From positions 1 to 63,156 of IMG/VR virus record IMGVR_UViG_3300032236_000575: a DNA stretch of 63,156 bases; one strand, given 5' to 3'. Under the pieces are notes generated by a model. That model was given only the letters and a program-made list of their open reading frames with translations. It had not been told where the DNA came from and did no database searches. Source of the DNA: a virus. Taxonomy: Duplodnaviria > Caudoviricetes. Both the position numbers and the translations under genes were made by a program. Positions 54,174 to 62,706 of the stretch are shown here, piece after piece; the first letter of the stretch is position 1; each line of letters begins with the position of its first letter.

Positions 54174-54536
54174 TCAGTACTCCAGGTGCGAACCGTAGCT
54201 GCTGAAGTAGCGTTGCTCTGCAGCGACTTCGGCCTCGTACATGGCCTTCTGTTCTTCGTGCCAGTCGAGCTTCGCCAGCGTTTCCGCATCGACCTGGCTG
54301 CGATCGACTTCGTCAACTACGTTGCGCCCGTGGCACTCTTCGCAGGTCTTGTCATACATGCCTGAGCGGTAGTCCTCTGCGAAGTCGGGATCTTCATCGA
54401 AGTAGCGGTTGGGTACGCCGTTACTGAAGATGTCTTGAGTGCCGCCGCCGTTGCATGTTGGGCAGACGATCCTCACGCTGGGCAGGCGCAGTTCTTCCTG
54501 TCCGCCGTCTTCGGTGTCGATGGTTATCTCGATCAT
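54174..54536 (-). CDS. Hypothetical zinc-finger protein
   Basis: CPTCNGGG...CEECHG; AAGGGAG SD. Confidence 0.75.
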   Translation of the reverse strand: MIEITIDTEDGGQEELRLPSVRIVCPTCNGGGTQDIFSNGVPNRYFDEDPDFAEDYRSGMYDKTCEECHGRNVVDEVDRSQVDAETLAKLDWHEEQKAMYEAEVAAEQRYFSSYGSHLEY

Positions 54537-54838
54537 TTTGATTCTCCCTTGCTCTCAAGAACATTCGCCAAAGCGTCAACGAAACCGTTCTCCCATTCCT
54601 GGGCGACTTGCCGTGCATGCAGAACTGATTCAACCTCGCGGTACAGCATTGCTCGATCTTTGTTGATCGGGCATGCCGGTTGACGAGGATTCATCGCATA
54701 CACCTTGACGATTCGGTCTGGCTCGATGAGGTGTTCCTCGCCGGTCATGTCGAGCGTGATGTATGTAGCTCCGATGCCCTCTGCACGCTGTGCGCGTTTC
54801 GAGCCGTCTGGAAACATTGTGTCCCAGTCGAGTGTCAT
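54533..54838 (-). CDS. Hypothetical protein
   Basis: Start set by the start-associated sequence. Confidence 0.7.
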   Translation of the reverse strand: MTLDWDTMFPDGSKRAQRAEGIGATYITLDMTGEEHLIEPDRIVKVYAMNPRQPACPINKDRAMLYREVESVLHARQVAQEWENGFVDALANVLESKGESK

Positions 54839-54928
54839 GTGATCTCCAATCATTGTTGTGTTGAGACTGAGTAGCCTCACCCGCATGCATCGGCCCGAAA
54901 GACGATGCAGCGGAGCGGAACTCAGGCT

Positions 54929-55312
54929 TTAGCTCGCGATGAGCTTGGCCGTATGCGACAGCTTTGTAGCCGCCCACGTCCACTTGTGATGATCTGCAAG
55001 ACCGAGATCCCGCAGCACGCTCAAGCGGCTGCTCGCTGCGCTCTGAGAAATGTTGAGCAGCGTTGCAATGCCACGCGAGGTGATGCCATCGGGAAAAGCC
55101 TTGAGGACTTCAAGGGCTTCCAGATAGATCGTTCGCACGGGGATCATGCGCTGATCGTCGTCGCCGCCGGAAACAAGCTCCAGGGCGAACGGCTTCGACT
55201 CGGGAGCATCGTCCTTCTTGGTTCCCAGGTCGATCATCGAGCAGAGAGCGGAAAGCTCTTCAACGGTGTCAGTGCTTACTTCGATCCCGTTGATGTTGAT
55301 CTTGTATGACAT
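54929..55312 (-). CDS. Winged-helix HTH protein
   Basis: GITSRGIATLLNISQSAASSRLSVLRDLGL. Confidence 0.8.
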   Translation of the reverse strand: MSYKININGIEVSTDTVEELSALCSMIDLGTKKDDAPESKPFALELVSGGDDDQRMIPVRTIYLEALEVLKAFPDGITSRGIATLLNISQSAASSRLSVLRDLGLADHHKWTWAATKLSHTAKLIAS

Positions 55313-55397
55313 CTGATTACTCCAATCATGGTTGATGTGAGTCTGAGTGACTCAGCCAAACCACAGGCACCGAAGTGACTGTGGCCTGGAGCGTGAC

Positions 55398-55655
55398 TCA
55401 GACAGAATTGCTAGACCACTTGATGACCGCGAACTGCGCGATCACGGCGAGATCCTTTTCGAACTCGATGCTGTCATCGATGTCGAAGGAGAGATCCGCG
55501 ACTTGATGTTCATTTTCCGAGAGGGCGAAGGTGGTGCCCTTGGAGTGAGCCTGCGGCCAGCCGCGATTGACCAACGCAGCCTCGATGAGGTCGCGGTAGT
55601 CGATCGCGTCGGCTATGGGAGGAACCTGTGCCTCGACGTAGACACTTGTTGTCAT
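55398..55655 (-). CDS. Hypothetical protein
   Basis: Start set by the start-associated sequence. Confidence 0.7.
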   Translation of the reverse strand: MTTSVYVEAQVPPIADAIDYRDLIEAALVNRGWPQAHSKGTTFALSENEHQVADLSFDIDDSIEFEKDLAVIAQFAVIKWSSNSV

Positions 55656-55752
55656 GTTTCGATCTCCAATCATTGTTGTGATGTGAGGTGAGTACCTCAC
55701 CCAACGCACAGACCCGAAAGCCTGTGCGCTGGAGCGGAACTCACATCCCTAC

Positions 55753-56394
55753 TCAGGACTCGTTGACATCAGTGATCTCGTAGTCATCCCAGTAGTAGGT
55801 GTCGATGTTCTCAGTGACATAACTCGACGTATCGTTTTCCACGATGTCGCGAGCGGCATCCTTAGACGATGCCTCGACTTCGAACTCCACGTCATAGGTG
55901 ACTCGCACGGTGACGTTGTAGGTCCGCTTCAGACCGTCCAGGCCAAGGCCCGTCAACGCATCGTGCAATTCATCCCACTCGGCGGACTCATCATCGAGGT
56001 ACTGTTCCGCGTATTCGCGCAGAGTGCTCTGCACGTTGTTGCGGAAGGTCCGCAGATCATTCTCTGCCTTCTTCGCTACCTGCGAATTGGCCTGAGACAG
56101 AATGCATTTGTCTCCGAACTTCTCCAGCAGATCGATGACAACCTCGTTGTTGGTGACATCGGCTGAGCCGTCGAAGTTCTTCGACACGCGCCACTGCGAT
56201 TCGTCATCGACCGGAACGTAGTTGATTGACTTCGTTGTCTGGTTGTAGACGATGCCGGACCTTGTCTCACCGTCACCGACGTGGACGATCTTGCCGGTCC
56301 AGTAGCCGGTCACATCTTCGCCTCGTACCAACCGGGCACCAACGGGAAGACCGTCGATGACCTGAGCGAAGGTGGTGGTGGTGGTGATACTCAT
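55753..56394 (-). CDS. Hypothetical acidic protein
   Basis: Start set by the start-associated sequence; C-terminal Y.V.V....EVEA.S...A motif. Confidence 0.75.
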   Translation of the reverse strand: MSITTTTTFAQVIDGLPVGARLVRGEDVTGYWTGKIVHVGDGETRSGIVYNQTTKSINYVPVDDESQWRVSKNFDGSADVTNNEVVIDLLEKFGDKCILSQANSQVAKKAENDLRTFRNNVQSTLREYAEQYLDDESAEWDELHDALTGLGLDGLKRTYNVTVRVTYDVEFEVEASSKDAARDIVENDTSSYVTENIDTYYWDDYEITDVNES

Positions 56395-56486
56395 TTGATT
56401 CTCCAATCATGGTGTTTCGGGCTGTCGATTGAGCAACCCACTCAGCGCACAGACCCGAAAGCCTGTGCGCTGAAGTGCTGTTCAAT

Positions 56487-56939
56487 TCAGTGTGAATCGA
56501 TCTGCAAAAGGTGAACGCCGATGTCATCGTTTTCGAGAACTTCGATCGCCATCTGTTCCGGCGTGTACTCGTTCTCGTAGCCGTCGCGAAAGCCTGCGTC
56601 GGCCAGATCGCTGACACCGATGCCGTACTTACGCATCAGAACAGCGTTCACTTCTTCCATCCATTCTTCAAACGAAGTGTCGGACGCTCCGATGTAGCGC
56701 AGGTACAGAACCCCTTCGCGCACTGCGGCGCGATACTCTCCGCTGTGCAGTGGATTGGTGCCGCCCTTGCCTACGTTGATGGCAGACGCGTACTGATACG
56801 CGGTGCTTTTCGTCAGCTTCGCCGGATAGCGTGCCCAAGTCATCGGTTTCGCTTTCAGCTTTTCGGCAAGTTGCGATGACTGATTAACCCTTCCGCGCTT
56901 CTTCGATGCGGGAAGTTCGTCAACGAAAGTGAGCTTCAC
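56487..56939 (-). CDS. Hypothetical protein
   Basis: GTG start after the start-associated sequence; FVDELP...YRAAVR.G.LY.RY.G. Confidence 0.75.
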   Translation of the reverse strand: MKLTFVDELPASKKRGRVNQSSQLAEKLKAKPMTWARYPAKLTKSTAYQYASAINVGKGGTNPLHSGEYRAAVREGVLYLRYIGASDTSFEEWMEEVNAVLMRKYGIGVSDLADAGFRDGYENEYTPEQMAIEVLENDDIGVHLLQIDSH

Positions 56940-57031
56940 TTTTGATCTCCAATCATGTTGTGTGTTTGAGCCTGAGTGACTCACCCAACGCACAGACCGT
57001 TAAAGCCTGTGCGCTGGAGCGTGACTCAGAA

Positions 57032-57613
57032 TCACTTGTACTGCGTAACCTGCAGTCGATCGCCGTACTGAACCACGGCGATAAGCTCGCCGCTTTCATC
57101 AAGAAACTTCGACTTGAAGTCGGTGCCCTCGTTGCCGGTGTCATCGACCTGGAACACGATCACTTCACCAACCCTGGCAGCGTTTAACGCTCCCTGAATG
57201 ATGTCGCCCTCGTGAATGTCGAACGCCGGAACTGAACCCGTCGTCGGCCACAGGAACTCGTAGTGCTTACCAAGCGACTCCACGTCATACACGTCAGTGT
57301 TGATATGGAACCACTTGATGACTTCCTGCTTGCGGCCATGAAGCTCAATCTCTTGGATCTCGGCAGTGAACACTGCGTTGATCGCATCAGCGAGATCGAT
57401 CTTGTTCCTGACGGCCCACTCGGCATCGGGGAAGTAGTTGAGTACATCCCACGTCAGTTCGCTGTACTCGCTGTCGCTCTCGCGAGACTTGCGTCGGCCT
57501 GCGTCATCGACATCGATGTAGGCATCCGTTTCCCTGATGTGCGCCACGTCTTTGTGGAACGTGTGGCTCGTCAGGTACGAGATGGCATCGGTGCCAGTAA
57601 CGGTCTTGCTCAT
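57032..57613 (-). CDS. Hypothetical protein
   Basis: Start set by the start-associated sequence. Confidence 0.75.
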   Translation of the reverse strand: MSKTVTGTDAISYLTSHTFHKDVAHIRETDAYIDVDDAGRRKSRESDSEYSELTWDVLNYFPDAEWAVRNKIDLADAINAVFTAEIQEIELHGRKQEVIKWFHINTDVYDVESLGKHYEFLWPTTGSVPAFDIHEGDIIQGALNAARVGEVIVFQVDDTGNEGTDFKSKFLDESGELIAVVQYGDRLQVTQYK

Positions 57614-57702
57614 GTTGATCTCCAATCAATGTGTGTTGCGGAACTGAATGTTCCATAGGCGGCAGGGACTGTTGCGCCCCTGCCGCCGCGTGCAGCATTC
57701 AG

Positions 57703-57900
57703 CTATGCGGGTTGGAAGTTGAAGTACACCCTCGGTGAGTGTGTGAACTTCAGCGAGCCGGTGACACCGTCAGACTTGCGTTTGACGGCGACGAACGGAG
57801 CCATAAAACCTTGCACCACAAAGTCGCGTTGCAATGTTTCGGTGTCCCACGTTTCGCCTTCGGGCACGCTTCCATCGCTGTAATCGTGAACGTGAATCAT
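57703..57900 (-). CDS. Hypothetical protein
   Basis: WDT..LQRDF.VQGFMAPFV.V.RKSDG..GSL.F.HSPR.YF. Confidence 0.75.
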   Translation of the reverse strand: MIHVHDYSDGSVPEGETWDTETLQRDFVVQGFMAPFVAVKRKSDGVTGSLKFTHSPRVYFNFQPA

Positions 57901-57992
57901 TGAATGATCTCCAATCATTGGTGTTGTTTGAGTCTGAGTGACTCACCCGCATGCACAGGCATCGATGTGATGACTGTGCAGCGGAGCGCGAC

Positions 57993-58298
57993 TCAGGCTT
58001 GTCCGTAGATCGCCGCTACGATCTCGTCGCTGCTCTTCCCCGCGAGCAACATGTCGCGGATCTGAGCTTCTCTCTCCTCGGCCCTGGCATGCACGGCAGC
58101 GTTGTGCGCCGCCGTCTGCTGGGCACGCTGGCACACCGGGTAGTGCGGCCCGATTGCTTTGCCGTTTGCGCGGCCCTTAGTGCCAACCTGAGCGACGTAC
58201 CACTTGCCGTCCTTGCGTTGTTCCCAACGCACCTCGCGATCACCGCAGTCGCGGCACTCGTATCGGTTGCGGTCAAGCTTCTTCAGCTTCGACTCCAT
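57993..58298 (-). CDS. Hypothetical zinc-binding protein
   Basis: CRDCG...W...GKWY...H...C. Confidence 0.7.
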   Translation of the reverse strand: MESKLKKLDRNRYECRDCGDREVRWEQRKDGKWYVAQVGTKGRANGKAIGPHYPVCQRAQQTAAHNAAVHARAEEREAQIRDMLLAGKSSDEIVAAIYGQA

Positions 58299-58379
58299 GA
58301 TGAATCTCCAATCTGAGTTGTATCGATTGAGCAACTCACCCAACACACAGGCATCGCTGTCTGTGTGCTGGAGCGAAGC

Positions 58380-59234
58380 TCACTCGTCTTCGGCTTGCTT
58401 CCTGCTTGGCCGTCCGGCCTTCAGGATCTTGTTCACAGCGGCGAACACTTGCCGGATGTGCTTGTCTTGAACCTTGTCCTCATCGCCTGTCTGAGACAGC
58501 CAGTTCTGGATGTAGGCCCGTGACTCGGCAGCGTTCCAGTCGAGCAACTCGACTTCGTTCGCGATCAAGTACGCGACGGCCTCTGCCTGAAACTCGTGTA
58601 TCCCACGATGTGTCTGATACTCCGAAAGATTCTCTTTCGTTGTATGACCGAGAACGATGTGCGCGATCTCGTGGAACACCGTCTTCCAGGGATGCACAGC
58701 GACAGGGTTGATCGCGAACTTGCGATCGATGCTGTAACCCTGCGTGTTGCCATCGAGATGCTTGAAAGCAACCTTCGTGATGTCCAGTTGCTTCAGAGCA
58801 AGATCGAGATCCCAGTTGGGGATCTCAGGCCACTCGATCTCATCGCCGTCAGTCTGCGAGTAACCAAACACGGTTGCACGCGGCTTGAAGCCGATGAGGA
58901 TGCGTTGCTTCTTGCCTTGCTCATCGAGCAGAGGCTTACCGTTCTCATCCTTCTTGTCGATGATGAGAGGGTGAAGCACCGTCTTGGCTTTCTCGCCCTT
59001 ACGCACCTGCCGATCGAACTTCGTCTTCCAGAAGCCGTAGGGACCGATAGGTTCGTTCACACCTTGCAGCATGAGCCAGATCATGTTGGTGAACGAATAC
59101 TCGTAGAAGCGGCTGTAGGTGTCGCTCATCTTGCCGGGAGCTTTGAGTGCTTCCTCGATGAGCTTCCGCATATCAACCTCGGGAACGCTTGCGCGTGCCG
59201 TCTGCGTCTTGCGTGTCTTCGTGGCTGTAGCCAT
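58380..59234 (-). CDS. ArdC-like ssDNA-binding/antirestriction protein with zincin domain
   Basis: F.EYSF.N...L..Q, Y..WK...RQVRKGEKA, VF..SQT.G, HEIAH..L.H, E..AE.VAY, S..YI..W. Confidence 0.85.
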   Translation of the reverse strand: MATATKTRKTQTARASVPEVDMRKLIEEALKAPGKMSDTYSRFYEYSFTNMIWLMLQGVNEPIGPYGFWKTKFDRQVRKGEKAKTVLHPLIIDKKDENGKPLLDEQGKKQRILIGFKPRATVFGYSQTDGDEIEWPEIPNWDLDLALKQLDITKVAFKHLDGNTQGYSIDRKFAINPVAVHPWKTVFHEIAHIVLGHTTKENLSEYQTHRGIHEFQAEAVAYLIANEVELLDWNAAESRAYIQNWLSQTGDEDKVQDKHIRQVFAAVNKILKAGRPSRKQAEDE

Positions 59235-59712
59235 GTTGATGATCTCCAATCATTTGTGCCGTGAGCAATGCGGCTCTGATGCTCCGAAGCACCTTGCAAC
59301 ACGAATGCTGCAAGGCGATCGGTTCGCCAGAGAAACTGACAAACGAATGATTGGATTGGAGTTAAAGGATTCTGATTCAACCGCTACCTACACTGACCGG
59401 CCACAGTTATGACGATGTGTCCATCGTGTGCGCGAAGCACTCATGTGGTCTTACGGACGCGACTCGATTGCGTGAGTCGCACTTACTCTCGGGCGGGAAA
59501 CTCGCGAACCCTTGTATTGCACAGCACGGCCCATCGGATGCCTGGGTCTTATGTGTTGTCAGCAGTTGCTAAGCGATGGCTTCTGGGCCGGTCTTGTGAA
59601 CCGGGTGCTCCCGCGCCGGACGCACGCGATGCTGTTGTCCGCTCGACCGGCCTCCCCCTGCCGGGGGAATGGACCCGCTTTCGCTTCGGGCCGGTGGGTT
59701 GAGCTTCGCTCA

Positions 59713-59745
59713 ATCCTAGCACCCGGCACCTACAGCAACCAAGCA
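59713..59745 (-). promoter_or_regulatory. Possible leftward early promoter (extended -10 TGCTAGGAT)
   Basis: TTGGTT-N18-TAGGAT with TG extension; weak -35. Confidence 0.35.
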
Positions 59746-59883
59746 AAAAGATGGGAGCCTCCCAAAAGAGACTCCCAAATAGGCCATACGCTGGGCTTTT
59801 AGCCCTCCGCAAAAGGTGCCGGTAACCCTAAAGGCTAACGGCTCATATCCACATTTTCCACACTTTCGATCATGGACTAAAAC

Positions 59884-59936
59884 GAAATGCGTTGCGCTGC
59901 AATGGCTTTCATAACCACTGCGGCGCAACGCATTTC
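59884..59936 (-). terminator. Long hairpin directly after the exonuclease stop
   Basis: GAAATGCGTTGCGC...GCGCAACGCATTTC, then CGTTTT on minus. Confidence 0.65.
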
Positions 59937-59937
59937 A

Positions 59938-60702
59938 CTACAGAGCAGCAGATGTCGCTGCTTGAGATGACTTCACTTCTCTGCCCCACTTGCCGCAATC
60001 CTGGCACTGGAACCGGCGATACGTCCTCGTCGCGGACACCTGAACACCGCGCCACTGAATCGCCAAAGAGCTACAGTTCGAACAACAGATAAAAGCTGAA
60101 TCCTGTTGGAACGCAGCAAGATTCAAACCCTGAACCCAAGGAAGCATCTTGAAAAAGACGCGTTCCGTGAGATCCACGTCAGCCATGTTGTACTCCTGCA
60201 TGAGCCGCCGAGCATCTGAAAGTTCTTGTCCTGCAGCGTATCTCAGCTTGCGCCACAGATCGCCGCCGCCGGTTTCAAGTTTCACTCCGCAGCCCAATTG
60301 TTGAGCTACATAGTTCAGCCGGTTCGACATGTACTTGAAGTTCCTCTTGGCCGTGAGCATGAGATCGATGTCCTTATGGGGCGACGGTGGCCTCATCTCA
60401 AGCTCCGCCATCGCGGTCCTCAAGTGAGGACAGTCGAAGCCCTTGCTGTTCCAGCCGACGATGTAGTCGGCCTCATCGAACACCTTGTGCGCTTTCTCGA
60501 TCATCGCCTGGTGTCCACCTCGATCCCACTCCGCGTGGAAGTAGGTCTTGTCCTCACCAAGCCACTTGTATGCAAAGCAGATCGTGCGAGGCTTCTCAAC
60601 GATCTGATTGGGCTGCAGCCACGAGTGCTGCTTCAGTTCCCAGATGCCATCGACTACGCCGGATTGGCGTTCGATGTCGAGCACGCAGATTCGTGCCGTC
60701 AT
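59938..60702 (-). CDS. DnaQ-like/RNase H-fold 3'-5' exonuclease with C-terminal zinc ribbon
   Basis: VLDIE, VGWNSKGFD, DIDL, YN..DV.LTE, CSNC...CQDCG. Confidence 0.9.
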   Translation of the reverse strand: MTARICVLDIERQSGVVDGIWELKQHSWLQPNQIVEKPRTICFAYKWLGEDKTYFHAEWDRGGHQAMIEKAHKVFDEADYIVGWNSKGFDCPHLRTAMAELEMRPPSPHKDIDLMLTAKRNFKYMSNRLNYVAQQLGCGVKLETGGGDLWRKLRYAAGQELSDARRLMQEYNMADVDLTERVFFKMLPWVQGLNLAAFQQDSAFICCSNCSSLAIQWRGVQVSATRTYRRFQCQDCGKWGREVKSSQAATSAAL

Positions 60703-60722
60703 GCGGACCCTTTCCGTAGGGG

Positions 60723-61181
60723 TCAGTGCAACTTGTTCAGTGTTCTTGCGATCTTCTCTGTCTTCACAAGTGCGCGACAGTCCATGTATACCAACGTGCC
60801 GGTGAAGATCGCGGCAGCGATAACGATCGCCGCCGGATAGATGTGATAGTCACCAGTGCTCAATCTGAAGATCGTGTACGTCGTCAACGCGGTGAACTGT
60901 CCGAGGTCTGCTGCGAGTCGAAGCCAGAAGCCTCGATAGCGCACTGCTCCGCATCGATGCCGGATGAGATGCGATGCCAGTAGTGCAACCGGCGGACTGA
61001 TCAGTGACAGGCCGAGCCACACCCATTCCACCGTTCCGCCCGGTGTGTCCGTTGTTTCCGGCGGGATGTTCTCAAAGTCGCCCAGGCACAGCAGTACGAG
61101 TGCGGCAATCCATGTGGAGATGTACAGCAGAGGTTGCCATGCAAGATCAATCGTCTGCCGGTGCTCGCGAAGTCTGAGCAT
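60723..61181 (-). CDS. Multi-pass membrane protein (lysis cassette)
   Basis: About four hydrophobic helices. Confidence 0.7.
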   Translation of the reverse strand: MLRLREHRQTIDLAWQPLLYISTWIAALVLLCLGDFENIPPETTDTPGGTVEWVWLGLSLISPPVALLASHLIRHRCGAVRYRGFWLRLAADLGQFTALTTYTIFRLSTGDYHIYPAAIVIAAAIFTGTLVYMDCRALVKTEKIARTLNKLH

Positions 61182-61474
61182 TAATCTGTCCTCCTTGATA
61201 TGCGGCGCAGTTCGTCGCCGTCCATGCGTCCGGCTAGGAAGTCATCGACAGCGTCGGTGATGTCTTCAAGCTCGCCACGAAGCTTGCGGTTTTCCTCATC
61301 GAGGTTTCGGTTCAATCGTGAAACTCTTTCTGCAGCCTCAACCAAAAGATCAGCGGCCATCGCCCTGGCAGCACCACGCGAAGACCGTGCTGAAATCACG
61401 GCTGCGACAACAGCACCAAGACCGGACCCCACACCGGCATAAGCAAGAGCTTGTACTGTTTCGCTAGCTTTCAT
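61181..61474 (-). CDS. Membrane protein with coiled coil (lysis accessory)
   Basis: N-terminal TM helix plus coiled coil, after lysin B. Confidence 0.7.
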   Translation of the reverse strand: MKASETVQALAYAGVGSGLGAVVAAVISARSSRGAARAMAADLLVEAAERVSRLNRNLDEENRKLRGELEDITDAVDDFLAGRMDGDELRRISRRTD

Positions 61475-61502
61475 TCACACTGCACTTTCCGATAGAAGAT
61501 TG

Positions 61503-61550
61503 AAGGGGCGGAACCGCAAGCGGCCCACCAACGCTCGCGGTCCCGCCCTT
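61503..61550 (-). terminator. Hairpin after lysin B
   Basis: AAGGGGCGG...CCGCCCTT-type inverted repeat. Confidence 0.5.
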
Positions 61551-61569
61551 AAACCAAATGAAAGCCCGT

Positions 61570-62352
61570 TCAGGCCACAGGAGTCATCTCGCCCAAGCGC
61601 GACAGATACTCAATCGCAGGTCCGATGTCATAGTTGATGTGCTGCAGAGTCGGCGGTCCCGATGCGTAAAACTTCAAAGCATCGAACACGGCGAACACCA
61701 TTGCCGGAATCTCTTTCAATGGACTCTTCACCACTTCAAGAATCTCACTCGTCAAACTGCCTGTGCCGAACCACTTTTCGAACACCACGTTGTAGATCGC
61801 TGTGATGTCGTCACCGGCATCCGAGAGCGGAGTGTCGGTGTACATGTCGCCGGGATGAGCGAAGTCAAGCTGACGCGGATCAGTGTTCACGAACCTGTAC
61901 GGTGCGATGCCCCGCCCGGTCGGCATCGGCCAACCAAACATTGCATTCCCGTTAGCGACATTAGCCTCGCGGCAAGGGTTGCCGAAGGTTACGGTGCACT
62001 TCCACGAAGGCATGTAAGCCTCAAGATCGCCACCCGGCAACATCATCTGATAGATGTGATACCAGACGATCGCTGACTGAGAGTAGTAAACACCGCACCA
62101 CTCTTCACTCGGATTGCGAAGCTTGATCAACCGGACATGCTCTGCCACACCGGCATTCACCGACTTGTCCATCGGGTACGGCGCGGCGGGGTAGGCCACA
62201 GGCTGATGGAACCAGTGCCTATCCCCTACCGCCCTGCCGATGTCTGCCGGTGGGCCGGACCAGCAGTCCGCTCCCGTCCCTGGCATCGTGTAGATGGTGC
62301 GAACAAGGTTGCGCCTGCCATCGAGCGCAGCCTTGACATCCCACCAACTCAC
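61570..62352 (-). CDS. lysB: Lysin B (cutinase-like esterase)
   Basis: PGTG, YPAAPYPM..SV..G, YSQ, VTFGNP.R, GRGI, GD.Y, H..Y. Confidence 0.85.
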   Translation of the reverse strand: MSWWDVKAALDGRRNLVRTIYTMPGTGADCWSGPPADIGRAVGDRHWFHQPVAYPAAPYPMDKSVNAGVAEHVRLIKLRNPSEEWCGVYYSQSAIVWYHIYQMMLPGGDLEAYMPSWKCTVTFGNPCREANVANGNAMFGWPMPTGRGIAPYRFVNTDPRQLDFAHPGDMYTDTPLSDAGDDITAIYNVVFEKWFGTGSLTSEILEVVKSPLKEIPAMVFAVFDALKFYASGPPTLQHINYDIGPAIEYLSRLGEMTPVA

Positions 62353-62706
62353 CTACTGCCCCGGCTGAGTTTCGTTGATGCCCAACGCTTTCCGCACCTC
62401 GTCAGCAGGCTTACCCTCAACGAGAACGGCGAACAAACCTGACAGCATGTGCAACACGGTTTGGCCGTGATACTTCTTCGTCAGGATCTCCGCGAGCACG
62501 GTCAGTTGATCCAACCGGCTTGGACTCCACCACACCTCACCGGGCTGATGATTCGGATCAGCACCGGCATGGCGGTTCACCCAAGGATGACCGAGATCCC
62601 AGTCCTGGTACATCGTCACGCCGGACCACGGCAGAGGCGGATAGTTGGGCTGGTTAGGATCTCGACCGTCAAGCTGGCCGCGCACCTCGTCGTCAGGAGT
62701 TGCCAT
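62353..62706 (-). CDS. Hypothetical protein in lysis cassette
   Basis: Between lysin A and lysin B; GAGGA SD. Confidence 0.65.
   Translation of the reverse strand: MATPDDEVRGQLDGRDPNQPNYPPLPWSGVTMYQDWDLGHPWVNRHAGADPNHQPGEVWWSPSRLDQLTVLAEILTKKYHGQTVLHMLSGLFAVLVEGKPADEVRKALGINETQPGQ

Larger units (their letters stand above)
53527..58382 (-). repeat. Ten conserved ~55-63 nt intergenic hairpins with asymmetric internal loop
   Basis: 53527-53585, 54121-54177, 54867-54925, 55341-55403, 55688-55744, 56428-56486, 56972-57029, 57644-57702, 57934-57996, 58328-58382. Confidence 0.9.
53497..59253 (-). promoter_or_regulatory. Start-associated sequence ATGATTGGAGATC (11 copies) directly before start codons
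   Basis: Plus-strand starts 53497, 54091, 54841, 55315, 55661, 56397, 56944, 57617, 57906, 58302, 59241; six exact, all contain GATTGGAG. Confidence 0.9.

Noticed and set aside
53527-58382. Repeats as CRISPR, hammerhead ribozymes or canonical attC sites
   Set aside because: Spacers are whole genes; no CUGANGA/GAAA three-way junction; no RYYYAAC/GTTRRRY ends, and the integrase looks like an ordinary phage integrase
53582-59249. ORF-track starts beginning MIGD, MEIN, MRW or MRV
   Set aside because: They start within or upstream of the repeated RBS or hairpin; true starts are just downstream of the motif
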